Of a DNA stretch of 64,000 nt, positions 1 through 14,217 are shown one piece after another. How positions within the stretch are numbered: position 1 is the first letter of the stretch; each line of letters starts with the position of its first letter. The DNA is taken from contig JBBPEB010000032.1 in NCBI GenBank assembly GCA_039096225.1, positions 1,054,001 through 1,118,000 on the forward strand, written 5' to 3'. Below the pieces are notes generated by a model. That model did not search any database, had not been told where the DNA came from, and saw only the letters and a program-made list of their open reading frames with translations. The position numbers and the translations under genes were made by a program. The stretch comes from Blastocystis sp. Blastoise (lineage: Eukaryota > Protista > Bigyra: Opalinata).

Positions 1-1990
1 TTTATGTATATAATCACATATTTCTGTATCCATATAATTAGTAATATGTATAATATCATATATAAAGTTGATAATAGAACGATATTGCTTTGTTATTGTA
101 GTATCTGCAGAATTATCACGATATATATATATATATATCATATAAATGTGTTCCTTGTACTAACATATATATTATGGAAACATCCTATATATTATTATTA
201 TTATTTATAATATAATAATCTTTATTAAATAATAATAAGAATTAATAAAATAATAATAATAATATGTATATACATTAATGAGTATATCTGGATAGTTCTT
301 ATATAATAATATATAGATCATAAATGGGTTTTGAGAGGTAGATAATATCTTATAGAGATTCGGAGTAGATGTAACTACTGTATGATAATATTCAAAATAT
401 AACCTATATATATATAGTACAATATATATTCTATTTAGTATAGTATATAAATATTATAATATAATATTCTGTTATATAATAATAATAGGATAAATATTAA
501 TAATATATATATATATATATATACTTAATAGCTTGAAAGTTGATTTTATGAAACATCCAAAAGCATAGGATAATGATTAATAAATATAATTATATAAGAA
601 CCATTTTCTTTATCTTTCATAAATGTAAAGAAAAAACAATACATTATTTTCTATATAAATAATAATCATATAGTATATATTAGTATATATAAATATAATA
701 ATAATATATATATATATATATACAAATAATGGTATAGTTGTAGAATCTCTTTATTCTCACAGCATAAGTTAATATATAAGGATAATACTGTATCATAATC
801 TTCAATAGATATATATTGAGTAATAAAATGAGAAAATAATATATTATTTATATATATATATCTAATGATAAATATAATACAGTAGAAGCACAAAATAATG
901 TACGTGTCTATATATATATATAATTAATATTAATCTAATTATTATTTAAAAAATAAAGAAAAATAATATAAGAATAATAAGAATAATAATATATAAATAT
1001 ACAAGTAATTGAACAGATTTAACAATGAAGAAACTAGATAGTTTCCCTATATTCGGATTTTTATAAATATCAATAATATAATGCTTTCCAGGGATGGGAG
1101 GATTTGGTTTCTCATAAGGTAATAATGGATTAAATAAACATAAGCAATAAACATTAGGTATATAGGCAAAGAGGAAAGGAAATAAAGTAAATAATCGAGA
1201 AGATAAAGAGAATAGAGAGGCAAAGAGACTGGGTCTATAGAAGAAGTATTATTAGAATAATATGTATATTAATATATATAACAATAATAAGTATAAAAAT
1301 GATAAAAATAAATATAATAAAAGAAGAATAGTAATAAATATATATATGTTGATCTTCAGTAGCTGTAAAACAATCAAAATATATATATATACAAATATAG
1401 TAATATTGATAGAATGATTCAATCTATATATAATAATAATAATAATAATAATAAATAGACATACCATTTTTATTTGAAAGAATAGTACCATCAATCGGAT
1501 TTGTAAATGGTAAAGAAAAATTCATATTCTATATATAATATATTAAAATTAGCATAAAATAATATAGAATTAAAATAAATTAAAATTAAATAAATATTTA
1601 ATATAGGAAAATAAAAAAAAAGAAAAATGTTAATGCAAACGAAAAAAAATATATATGATATTTATATACTGTTGATAACATGTTGAGTTGTTGTTTGACA
1701 GTGATTTGAGTAAGAACCACCAAAAAGAACCTAAAAAAATTAAAAAAAAAGAAATGGAAAAAAATACCTTACCAAATAGATAGATAACAACAATTCTTTT
1801 TGACAAACACTTCTAATAGTGACTGAGGAGACTGTTTGAACGCAGACGGGAAGCCAGAATGAAGAACCTAAAAGAATCAGATAAAAAAATAGGAAATATT
1901 CAATAAATAAATTATGATATAATATATACCTGTATAGAAAACACCTAAGATATGCATAGCAGTAACTAGATCTGCTTGTATGCAACAAAT
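1..1990 (-). CDS. Multi-exon orphan gene; 3' part runs off the window; exon boundaries approximate
   Basis: Repeated minus-strand GTAT...TATAG introns. The exon at ~1003-1234 is open (PSLFASLFSLSSRLFTLFPFLFAYIPNVYCLCLFNPLLPYEKPNPPIPGKHYIIDIYKNPNIGKLSSFFIVKSVQLL). No family recognised. Confidence 0.55.
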
Positions 1991-2499
1991 TAAAAATAAA
2001 GATAAATTCATATTTAAAGTCAATTTTTTAGTCAAATAATAAAAATTTTCATAAAAATTCATTTTTAATTTTTTTTTTAATTTTTTATGACTCAATACTA
2101 AAGTAACAAGTTTTAACAATTATATATTACACTATTGACACAACATTATTGTATCCCACTACTTTCAGGTTTTAAAAAAATACTCATTTTTGTTGACTCT
2201 CTGATCTATTTATATTCTGTTCTAAAAGCTATTGATTATAACTTGAAACGTTTTTATAATACATAATTAACTCTCAAAACAACTCTTTAAAAGACTTTTC
2301 TTTGATTCTGAGGAAAAGTAGTTTTTTTATAAGTTTTGACATACTCTTTGTATGCGGAACTTTAAGTCATGATAGAATAAAATGAAAAAAGTCTTTTAAA
2401 ACTCTTATGTCGTCTGATATATAATAAAATATAAATAGACTCACTTTTAAACAATAAAAATATTCCCGTAAATATTTTAAAAATTCAAAACTCTGGTCT

Positions 2500-2954
2500 G
2501 ATTGCCCATGGAACAAATAGGCTCGGTTCAATTTTTCAATGTAAAAAAAATATAAATTTTTGACTTTTTGACTGAATTTTGGTTTTGTCCCATAGAGGTC
2601 AGCTTATTCACTTTTAATCATATATGTGACTATGAGAGGGTCTTCACTTTAAACACAACTATAAAATACTTTAAAATATTGACCCCATTATTTGTCGGAA
2701 TTGCGACTTTAAAATAAATAAAAACGTTTTGGATATTGGGTGACCCTCTGCAAATAAAAATTAATGTCAATTCTTTATTAAAATATGTCTAATAGGGTAT
2801 TTGAGTCTAAATCAAAAGTCGACTTAAAAATTTTGTGAAAATTTTCATTTTTTTGCCTAAGTCTTTTTTTTCTTGAGTTTTCATTGGCTGAATCAATTTT
2901 GAACGAAAATCAACCAATCAAAAACCTTCAAAAACTCAAAAGTGCCTACCAGTG
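2500..2954. mobile_element. CACTA-type right terminus with subterminal region
   Basis: Ends in GTGCCTACCAGTG (reverse complement CACTGGTAGGCAC). The subterminal sequence, including a CCAAT/ATTGG pair, resembles 34660-35100. Confidence 0.5.
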
Positions 2955-3349
2955 ATATATAGTTTTCATTGCATTCAAAATTGGTTGTTGTTGTTCCAGT
3001 GACCTAATTTTACTTACCATAACATAACTATAAACACATAGTTATTATATTATAAATAGGCAGTGCTATTTGAACTATGTTGACTTTTTAGTATTCGGTT
3101 TCTAATCGAAGAAAGGAGAAACCACTAAGGGGATAAAAAATTTTAAAAAGATTTATATAGTATTTTTATGCAAATTTTGTTTTAGGGGCTGGACTTTTAA
3201 AATTTTTATCTAGAAGATTTTCACATAAATCTTTTTATTTTTTATTTTTTTTTTATAATCATTGTTCTTGACTTATAATGGTATTTTTTATTATCTATAA
3301 ATATTTATTTCGTCATATAGTCATCATTTCTATGTAAAAGAAATAGGAG

Positions 3350-3900
3350 ATGAGCACATTTTCTTTTCTTGAATTAAGGTATGTTCTTATTTTTGTATTT
3401 ATATTCTCTCTATAGTTAGGAATTTGTCTTTAGTTCTATACTAACCAGGAATAACTCGTTTTGAAAGGTATGCTTTTTATATTTCTTTATAATAGTTATA
3501 GTTGGCTTCTTTTAACTTGTGGTCTTTGAAGTTGAAGTGTTGTTTGATGTGTGTATGCAAGGTATGTCATTTATTATTATTATATTTTTACCATTTCTAT
3601 TTTAAACTTTTTATAGTCATCCAGAATGATCATATAATTGAAGATTAAGTTGTGCTTGATGTGTGCTTGTAAAAGGTATTTTATTTATTATTATTATATT
3701 TTTATCATTTCTATGATTTCCTCTTTATAGGTTGTCGAAATTATTATAAAACTGAAGGCGAATTTCGACTTAATATTTCTATAAAAAGGTATGTTATTTA
3801 TTATTATTATATTATCAATATTCTTATAATTATATTTTTATAGTCTTTTAAAATGGTCAAAAAACGACTCTCTTGGGATGGTTGCTAAATATGTATTTGA
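3350..3900 (+). other. Spliced unit without an evident ORF, built from tandemly duplicated exon-intron modules
   Basis: Five or six AAG|GTAT...TATAG introns with near-duplicate intron starts (ggtatgtcatttattattattatatt, ggtattttatttattattattatatt, ggtatgttatttattattattatatt) around ~50-60 nt exons. No continuous frame found. Confidence 0.45.
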
Positions 3901-4399
3901 AATTTTATGTTAGTTTATTAATTATTTATCTTTTATTTTTTTGTGTTTTGCTTTTTTATGTTTTTTATTGTTATTATATTTATACTACATTTAAGATGAA
4001 CATGAGTTGTGTTGAGATTATAAACGATCTTAATTAACTGTAAATGACTTCTAAAATAACTTATTAGACCTTGTTTTAGTCATTTATACTAATATTTTGT
4101 TAAATCAGATCAAATATTTGATTATATAGACCATATATATATAAGTTTAAACATACATAGTGATGTGGTTAGAACTAAAATCTACAAACAAAATTAGCTC
4201 TTAAAAAAAAATGATAACCTCTGTACAGGTACTTTGCTACGCAAACTGTTGTGCCTTTAGCCCCAGAATATTGTATGTAAAGCAAAGCTAATATTTGTTT
4301 TAGACCATAATATACTTATTTTAGAAGCAAATTTTTGCAGGTATTATATCGACTTTTCTCTGAGGCTAAAACATGCCTACTAGTGATAGGTATTGAAAT

Positions 4400-4754
4400 A
4401 GTATGTGCTGTTATCGAATATCAATAGATGTCTAGATTACTCCATTATAAACTTAAGTATTTCTTTTCTTCTTACTTTCCTCTTCTTTTTCTCTTTTTTT
4501 ATTGTTTTTTATATTAATGCTTGAAAAATTATCCAATCGTTTTGTTTATTTTGAATATATTTCATTGGCTGATATCAAATAAATCAGCATTTTTATTGGA
4601 TCATTAATAAAGAATATTTATATATTCCCATGAATTTATCAACTATATTAATGTTTTTCACCACATTTATAACAAAGGTGAAAAAAATTGATTCAGGCTG
4701 ATGACAAAACTTCATGAATGGGGTATTTTAGAGCAAAAACCTGCCTAACAGTTG
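4400..4754 (-). mobile_element. CACTA-family terminal segment, inverted homolog of 27024-27395
   Basis: Reverse complement is colinear with 27024-27395 (e.g. ATCCAATCGTTTTG / CAAAACGATTGGAT, CATTGGCT / AGCCAATG). Ends in degenerate TGCCTAACAGTTG. Confidence 0.6.
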
Positions 4755-4989
4755 TACTTTTTCAAAATTTTGTGAATTTTGCTGTGACTATCACAAAAAC
4801 ACACTTTAAATCAAACTTAAATATTTGAATATTAAAAATATTTTTACGCTGTCAAAAAATTACAAAAATATCATATTCTTTGTGACAAGGACGGCGCCAC
4901 AAAGAAAAAGGGCTTTTTGGAAGCAACCCTACGATATTTCCTTTCAGAGTCTTCCAACACTGGTGGACACTTCTGACATTTTTAAGCAT

Positions 4990-5086
4990 CACTATTAGGC
5001 ACTTTTGACCTTTTAGAATAAATGATTGGCAGAATTCACATTTTTATCCAATCATTTTTCTTAAAACGTCAAAATGCCTAATAGTG
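4990..5086. mobile_element. CACTA MITE (97 bp)
   Basis: TIRs CACTATTAGGCA...TGCCTAATAGTG with 3-bp TSD CAT at 4987-4989 and 5087-5089. Confidence 0.85.
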
Positions 5087-5760
5087 CATATGATTGACAA
5101 ATTAATTTTATGAATCATTTTCTTTAAAACGTTAAAACATATAATAGTATGCAGTCAAAATTAAATAAATAATTTATTATCATGACAACTAGAGCCAAAC
5201 AGGTAAAATGCTATAATTGGCAAATGTAAAAGTATATCTACTGGTTCTTTTATAATAATTATTTGATATTGAAATATTGAGAAACAACAATTTGGGAATT
5301 CATTTATTCATTATAATTTATTATCTCAACAAAATTTGTTTCTTTTATTATAATCTTTTAATGTTATATATGCAGTTACTTTATTAAATAATTATTTACT
5401 GATTAATTAATAAATAAAATTTATTAAAATAAAAAGTGAATATTTGAAAATCTTGCATCATATGCGTTGAGTATAAATCAGTAAAAACTTGGCATTTATT
5501 ATGCATCATGACACTGTAATTATCCCTGCTACCAAAATCATAAAGCCTATTGTCAGCATTTTAAGAAAAATTACAAAGAAAATTCTATTAAATTTCATAC
5601 TTCTTTTTCTATAAAAACATGTTTTCTCGTTGAAAACAGTATGTTAAATTCAATTCCTTCTCTTTGTTTAATAATAACAAGCGTTACTCTCTTAAAATAT
5701 ACATATTTCTTTCAATAAATCAATTCAAAATATTTAATCAAATAGAATATATATTATAAT

Positions 5761-7435
5761 ATGTATGATTATATATTAATTTTGATTTTACTTTTATTTT
5801 GTGAAATAATAACTTTTCAAGTCACTTTAGATCGTTCGCTAGATAGTGGTAAATCTTATTATATATTTATTAGGAAAATTTAGGAAATATTAGCAAAATA
5901 AATATTAGAAAAGAAGAACCAAATAATTCAAGTATGATAAAAAACTATTAGTTACTTCTAATAAAATAGATATTCATTTCCAATCAGTGAAGCTTGAAAA
6001 AAAAATAGCCTTAGTCATTCAAACAAATAATATTACTACAAATACGCTTGATATTACAACATTTTATAATGGAACATCTCTTTTTGATCAAATATTTATC
6101 ATTCAAAGAGATAAAAACAATAATTTTAAGTCTATTAATTATAAAAATACAATTTGTAATGATTTTTCATTTCCTTATTGTATTTTTCAAAATTATGATG
6201 ATTTAGATCATTATGCTTTCATGTTATCTATTTATTATGAAGAAGATTATGTATTTTATATTGATGAAAATGAAATTAATAATCAAATACAAAATCAAAT
6301 GACTACAGATTGGTTAGATGAAACAATATATTTATTAGAAAGCAATCAAATCGATTTATTTTCTTGTCTAATATCAGAATCTTATAATAATAATGATAAT
6401 AAATATTTATCAGGATGTTTAGTAATTAAACAAAAATGGATTCGTAAATTATTAACATATACAACAATAAATGTAAAATCTCCTTCTGTAATGAATACTA
6501 TTTATTCTTATTTAAAAGATCAGAAACAAAATATTAAAATAAATAATTTCTTAAGAAAATCTTATTATAACAGGAAATTACCTAAATCTGATATACAATC
6601 ATTTACTTGTAATTATACAGATATATCAATACCAGATAGTATTTCTGTAATAATTCCTATGTTTAAACGAAATACAGCTGAAAGAATGTTAGAAAGTTTT
6701 TCAATTCAAACACATCCTCCAAGTTATGTAATAGTTCAGCAAAGTCTTCATTATATGGAGATACCAGATTCCATTTTTATTAATTCCTTATTTCCTGTAT
6801 ATTATATATGGTCTCCAAATTGGAATATGAAATATCATGCTAGACTTTATACTTCTTCAATTTTCGATACAAAATATGTTATGGCTATTGACGATGATTT
6901 TTTTATTAACTCGAATAAAGTATTTAAAAATGTGATATCAATGTTAAATATAGATAATAATTTTATATTTGTAAAGATTGGCACATATTTTATGGAAGAC
7001 TTAAACTATAAGCCATTAAAATTAATAGAAAATAAAGATGGATCATGTGATCATGGTGGTAATATATTGTTTTATTCTACAGAAAGATCAAAAATATTTC
7101 TTAGATACAAGGTGATTACTTATTCAAATGGTGAAGATGTTGGTTTTGGAACAACAAATAATATTGAGTGTAAAACTAAAAGTTTCGCTATAGATATGCC
7201 AACAGTTGATACACATAAAGATAAGTTTAAATCAAAATATTGGATTAATGATAAAATATCAGAATTTAGAACATATAAAAATATTCGACTAACAAGTCTG
7301 AATACTCTTAACAAAAACAATTTTTTGAGATATGATAGAATTTATAATTATTATGTATCCATAGGATTTGTTCCATATAATTATAAAATCCGTAATATTA
7401 CAATGAATGTTATTCATGATGGCAAATATGATTAG
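5761..7435 (+). CDS. GT-A fold (GT2-like) glycosyltransferase, type II membrane protein
   Basis: ATG at 5761 with hydrophobic N-terminus (MYDYILILILLLFCE). Two ~35-38 nt introns join in frame to the 482-aa ORF. Motifs ISVIIPMFKR, MAIDDDF (DxD) and NGEDV. Ends TAG. Confidence 0.75.
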
Positions 7436-8487
7436 CATTTATATATATATATATATATAGTTTGTCAATTCATATATTCTTGTTAAATAATTTGTGATGT
7501 CTTTATATTAATTTTGAAGTTTTATCATTGTTTTTCAATTTTTTTTTTGTATAACGTGAGAATTCTTTAAAAAGTTATTTATTAGTAGTATTATTTTTGA
7601 TTCAAAATAAAGTGTATTTTATGCCTTTTTTAATATTTTTATCCGAATGTCATTAAACTAAAGACAGTTTCATTAAAACATAAAATTATTTTTTGATACA
7701 TTTCAACATAATTTTTTATTTATAAAATGAATCAACATCTTCCCTGAGACATATTTCTTTGCTGCACTGCAATTATCTTTTTAAAACGTGACATTTTTAA
7801 TATTCTTTAACACTTTAAAATAGTTTTTAATATTCATCGATATTAAGTTTCATTTAAAGTGTCTTTTTATGACAGTTATTGAAAATGTTATTAAGGTAGT
7901 GAAAACAAAAATTTTTGTTTTATTGTTTTTGGATATATTATATAAATTAGTCTTAATGTGAATCATTGATTTGTATTGTGTATATATATTAAATAATCCA
8001 AAACTTTGTAAACTCATTTAAAACTATATAATACATTCATTCTAATCTCAAACGACACTCAATAAAGTCATCACTTTCAAAAGAGTGTCACAAAAATATC
8101 ATAATTTTGTTACTTCAGAAAAAAAATGACAATTAAAAACATTGAATAATAGTATTTGATTTCCAAATTGTTCCGATTTTGTAATAAATCTAAAAAATAA
8201 AATAAAATCTAAATTAACTATTGAATCCTTTTTTATATAGAATTAATTATCCTATTGATTATAAAAATACATTTTAATCAAAAATATTTTAGAAAACGAA
8301 TTTTTATTATTCATCTTTTTACATATTATTTACAAATATTATTTTGTCTAAATTTAAAGTAGCAAGTTAACAGTCGAAATTCGTTTCTTCTTTTATTTAT
8401 ATGATCTATATTATTATTAACTACAATACTTAATGTATCATTATTTTTTATTATCTAAATAATATGTTAATACCAAAAATAAAATAT

Positions 8488-9882
8488 TTATAGATTTACT
8501 TTCAGATTTGATGTACTAATATCACAGAGACCTGCTCGAGTTTTTGATGTAAAATATTTTCCATTATATCTCATATTTTGATCTGTTTGTATTTTCTTAT
8601 ATTTTTCACTTCCAAATATATGTATTACAAATGCTAATATATATTGTATATATTTAATAAACGTAAACAAACATACTACTTGGCGTAATATCAATTGTAT
8701 CAACATATTTATATCTAAAATTTGCATTATCTATAACATATCCATCAATATAAAATCTTCCTATTACTATATCATCAAATAAATGATTAGTAAGTGTATA
8801 TTTTGTAGCAATAAATACATCCTATAGTATATTATTTATATAATATTTTCATCATTTTAAATATAATAAATATACAATTGCAATTGGATTTGCATAATAT
8901 GATATTTTATAAGTTTCATTTAATATATTATTATATTCATAATTATTAGTGAATGTTTTATTAAAGAAGAAACTGTCTTGAATATTAGACCTTGTACTCA
9001 CTAGAACTACTTCAGATTTTATTTCTTTCCTATATATAGATTCTAGCACTTTTAGCATTATATTTTCTATATTTAAATTTAATAGTATATCTCCATTTAA
9101 ATATCCATAAAACCATGATTCATATTTTGTTTCTAATGTATTAATAATTGATTTTAATATTGGAACATTATATTTATTTGTTGTATCTATATATAATCAG
9201 TTTTTATAATAAAAATACTTACAATTCAAGCTATATGAAATATTTCGTTTTATACACTCATCAATAGCTAGTTGACTATCTGTAAAAACAACAAATCTTA
9301 TATTAGTATATTTATGGAATATAACTAAACTATCTAAAAAGTAGTTTTGAATAAAATTTCTCGAATTTTGTTCCTATTTAAAAATTTATTACTAAATTAC
9401 TTATTAATAACTAAATACATCATACTGTAATAACTAATGTTGTTCCAAGAACTGCTGTATATCTATTTTTGTAAGTATTACTGGAATCATAATAAAGATT
9501 GATATTATGTTGTTCTTCAATACTTAATAATGAATTACATATTGGTGAATCAAGGTTGACATTACATTTAATCAATTTATCTAGTATATGTATATAGGTA
9601 ACTAAATTACTAGCATACTTAAATCATTAATATATATTTTCTTTGTTGAATAATAATCTTCTTCTGTAAATTTTTGTCTATTTTCTGTGTTAATATCTAT
9701 AGAATCGTAAATAAATTTTCTCTTTGTTAACAAATTCTTTAATTGTATTTGCTATATATTATTAAATATTCTATTTATCTTAACTTATTGTATACCTCTT
9801 TTTCACCAAAATTAAATAATTCTATTGTTACTAGATTTACTAACGATAATATAAATGCAACTACTACTAACAATACAAACAT
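8488..9882 (-). CDS. Putative glycosyltransferase (YGYLNGDILL type), multi-exon
   Basis: Signal anchor MFVLLVVVAFILSLV. Spliced exons give RFVVFTDS, TNKYNVPILKS, FYGYLNGDILL, DVFI and DIVIGRFYIDGY, typical of a nucleotide-diphospho-sugar transferase fold. Confidence 0.65.
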
Positions 9883-10183
9883 TTTTAAAGAAAATTTATT
9901 TGAATTCTCATTATATTAATAATTGTTCTATTAATAATAGAAAACAGCATAAGAAAATTCTTATTAATAAAAATAATGTACAATAATAATTTGAAGCTTG
10001 AATCTAATAAAACTTATGAAGTTCTTTTGAAGTGTGTTTTTATTTTAATACTTATTATTAAAACAAAAATTTAAACTATTGTATAATAATCAAATTACTA
10101 CACGATGATACTTTACCATATTATAAGTTATAATGTATTGAATATATATATTTATTTGTTTATTATACACGTAGTTATACAAT

Positions 10184-11060
10184 TAGAGATGGGCAGATGA
10201 AAGTCCATCTGGATGGACCTCCTGGAGGTCCATCCTTTTTTTGATGGAGGTCCATCATGGACCTGTCTTTTTTTGCATTTTTTCACGGGACAAAAAAAAA
10301 GTCATTTTTTGGTGTGGTTTCAATCTTCAGTACAAGCTATTGTTGAGTCAAGATACCATGGGGTAATCAATGTATATGCTATAACTATACCAACTTTGAA
10401 AAACAAAGCAATATTGAACGAGTATAAAATATAATTACAATTAGTAAAATGGAAATTAGAATTTGGTTCTTTTATTCAACTCTAGACACTATAGTCTATA
10501 TAAATATATATCAATTACAACTTTGTAATAAAGTTGAATCAAACATATATTTGTTTGCATTATTTTATCAATAAGAATATCTAGTCATGTACATCCCTTT
10601 ATGTATATTCTTATTTATATAAAATATCTGTATTTTATAAATTATCGATGCATCTCTATTCATGTCAACTTTTCTGAATATCATCATATCATTTTTTTGT
10701 ATATAATAGACAGTTTATAACTCTTAATGATAGATTTTAAACGAAACTTACAAAAAATTACGAAAATGATGAATAAATATAATTATATAAATTTCTTATT
10801 AATACTGAATAGAACGTAGAATTCATTTATAAAGTGGCATACTCTACAATTAAATAAGATAAATCGCTTTTAAAGTGAATTGCATCTAATTGTCATATAT
10901 ATTTACAATCTCTCCTATTCGAAGTGCGAACATAAGTATATAGAATACAATATATATATATATTTAAAAAATAAGTGTTTTGATACTATTATACAAGAAA
11001 AGTCACTTTTAAAAGAATATTTTGGTACAAGTGAAACTCGATGGACTTCGCCCATCTCTA
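10184..11060. mobile_element. Non-autonomous hAT-like element (~877 bp)
   Basis: TIRs TAGAGATGGGC...GCCCATCTCTA. Subterminal GATGGA/TCCATC repeats include a perfect hairpin GATGGACCTCC-T-GGAGGTCCATC. No TSD retained. Confidence 0.7.
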
Positions 11061-11516
11061 AAAAATAATAAAAAGCATTTAAAAATATTACAGAAATGAA
11101 TAAAAAGTATATAAATGAAATCAATGTTTGTATATTCTTAAAAAAACAATTTTTTCTGTTTAATAAAGATGGTCATTTTTTTGATAAATAATATATATTT
11201 ACAAATTATTATGAAAAGAATTAAAGTAACTGAAATAATATAGCATACCTATTTCAATACTATAAAAACAAATTAATAGAAAAACATACCCATAATTGAC
11301 CACATCTTTATATGTATATTTATTGTTTCATAGATAATTGTTAGTATTTCACTATTATATTTTTATATTCATTTATTTTCATGTTTTTGTAATTAATAAA
11401 AAAATATTGACTTCTATTTGTACAAAGAAAGAGTTTCATTAAATTACCTTATCTATATATACTAATATGAATTATTAAAGTTTAATATAATACAACACTA
11501 ATAAACAAATATTCTT

Positions 11517-13140
11517 ATGCTTGATTATACTTATGCCTATATTTTATTAATTTTAGTAGTATATTGTTGTGTTTGACAAATTTTATTTTAATAGCATATA
11601 TATTAGATATATATTACAAATTTATATGTATTCAAAAACAAAGTCTCTCCTAATTTTTTTTTTCATGAATATAATATATCCGTATATATGTAAATTACAT
11701 AAATTATATTGATTGTTATACTATATAGACAATAAAAAACAACAAAGTACTGAATACTGCTGAGCATGCCTATATTTATATTTTTTTATTATTTATAGTA
11801 ATTTAACAATCAAAGAGAATTATGAAATTACATATCCATCACAATTTGTAGCAAATAATGATAATTTTTTTTCAGATTATTGGAATCAATTATCAAAACA
11901 AAATGATTCATATATCTTATTTGTTTCAAAACAAATATTTCATATTTATTATGAAACAAACATTGACTATTCATTTATATTCAGATTTTCGAAAACAAAT
12001 AAATTATCAACTGTAATAAATAATATCAATGACTTTCCAGATGCTACTTATTATTGGCCTTTTAATTATGTAAAGCCAAAAAAGCAATCAAATATTTTAT
12101 ATGGTACATATTATATACAAAATAAAATTGTTGATTATCAAAATTCATTTAATTGTTCAAATGCACAATATCTTATTTTTGGAACAGAATATACAGGTAT
12201 AGGAGCTAATATTCATGTGATGGGTGCTCTTTTAGCACAAGCTATTAATTTAAATAGAGTTTTTGTAACAATAGATAATAATAGATTATTCTGGATAGAA
12301 AAACCATTATGTAAAGAAAACTCATTTCTTTGTTATTTTGAAAGAATGAGTCCATGTCAATCACATATTAAGAATCATCTACATAAGTTTCGTTCATTGG
12401 AATATGTAATATCTAATCCTAGAGTCAAAAATCTTAATAAATTTAATGATACAAAATATATTTATTCACATTCACAATCAGTTACTGCTTATAATTCAAG
12501 ATACACTGTACCATACTTTGTAAAAAAATTTTGTAATGAATTAACATTATCTCCTAAAGAATGCTTAGTTTATTGGAGAATACAATCTGTTACTTTTATT
12601 ACAAGATATAATAAGAGATTTAATAATTATTTAAATAATCGTTTGAAAAATGATTGTCCTAATTGTTTAAATCATTATGATGTTGATATACATATGAGAA
12701 GTGGCGATAAAGGCAAAGAAATGATAATTCCTACATCTCTAGCATATACATATCCATTAATTATTATACAAAAAATATTAAATAAAACAAATCTTAATGT
12801 TTATATAAATGGTGATAGTGAAGAAGATATTAGAAATGCGGAGAAATCATCAAATAATAACTTCATATATATTAAAGATCAACCAAGAAAGAATGAAATA
12901 ATCGATAAACTGATTAAACAACCACATATGACTATTTATTCATTTCAAAATTTAAAAGAATCTTTGAAATCAAGTATCCATGTAGGTACATTTGAAAGTA
13001 ATTGGAATCGACTAATATTTGAACTTAAATTAACAATTGGATATGGAAGAGAAAGTCTATTCTTTGAAACAGGTCATGGAAATTGTATAAGTTATATTGA
13101 TTGTCATAAAACAAAAACTATTTTTAATCCTATTTGGTAA
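11517..13140 (+). CDS. Alpha-1,6-fucosyltransferase-like protein (GT23, FUT8/NodZ family)
   Basis: Long exon 11799-13140 is open. Motifs GIGANIHVMGALLAQA, IHMRSGDK (HxRxxDK) and VGTFESNWNRLIFEL. Small upstream exons include a GC-AG intron. Start approximate. Confidence 0.8.
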
Positions 13141-13760
13141 TATATAATTTTTATAATATTATTATATAGTAAAAGGTGAAGTATTAAAATTAATTGTTTT
13201 TTATTAATTTTAGTATTAATAATATATGAGTGAGCACTTCTATTTTTATGAGAATAATCATTAATAACAAAAATCACTATTTTGTTTGTTTACTGAAGAT
13301 AATTATTAGTATAAAAATAGCAGCATATAAAAAATTATATATTTATTAATTGACAAAATATGAATGGTACAAAACATATGAATTTTTTAAATTTATTGTT
13401 TTTAAAACAAAGAATAGTATAATCATATATAGTTCTATTAATGAACATTATGATACAAATAAATATATTTTTTTATATTTATATATTTTTATTTTTGACA
13501 ACATATCATATAAAAATCATATTAATATAAAAATTTCCTTTAAAATAAAGTATTACTATAATTTGAATCAAATAGCATCAATTTTATAAACCAAAACATA
13601 ATCCCAAAATTATTCTATGAATAATTAATAAAACTTAGAGATTATACTTTCTAAAACCATATAATTATATAAAGTTTTGAATATTATTGAAACATTGAAT
13701 ATTAAAAATTCTTAAACGTTTATTATTTATATGGTTATATAAACTTTATAGAGTCATAAT

Positions 13761-13944
13761 CAGTGCCTTCACAACATTTTGTGACATTTTAGATGAATCT
13801 TTGTGACAATCCCTTTAAGTCCATTTATATCAGACTCAATATGGTTTTGCATTAAAAAAATTTTATTACAAAGAATTAACGAAAGGGTCACAATTTTTTT
13901 GTGACAATTATGACACTACAAAAAAGGACTTTTGGAAGGCATTG
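13761..13944. mobile_element. hAT-like MITE, GTGACA-rich family
   Basis: TIRs CAGTGCCTTC...GAAGGCATTG with internal TGTGACA repeats. Same family as 20389-20569. No TSD retained. Confidence 0.7.
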
Positions 13945-14217
13945 TTTATGCCAATATTTATTTTATACTTTTAAACTTATATAAAGTATTTCATATAATT
14001 TGAAATTAATTACTTGAAAATATTAATCAACATTCAAATAGCATATATAGGTTATGTATGACTTTTATTTAAATTAAATTATATTTTATGTTTCTAATAA
14101 ATTTTTGAATATTTATAAAATATTCAATTACTACCGATAAAATGATATAGCTATAATGAATTATTAAACCAAAATACTTATTTAGAAAAAGCAACATATA
14201 TATAGTATTTAAAAAAA

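Noticed and set aside
10213-11124. Short ORFs inside the hAT-like element as a transposase remnant
   Set aside because: No hAT DDE or dimerisation motifs; the ORFs overlap subterminal repeats.
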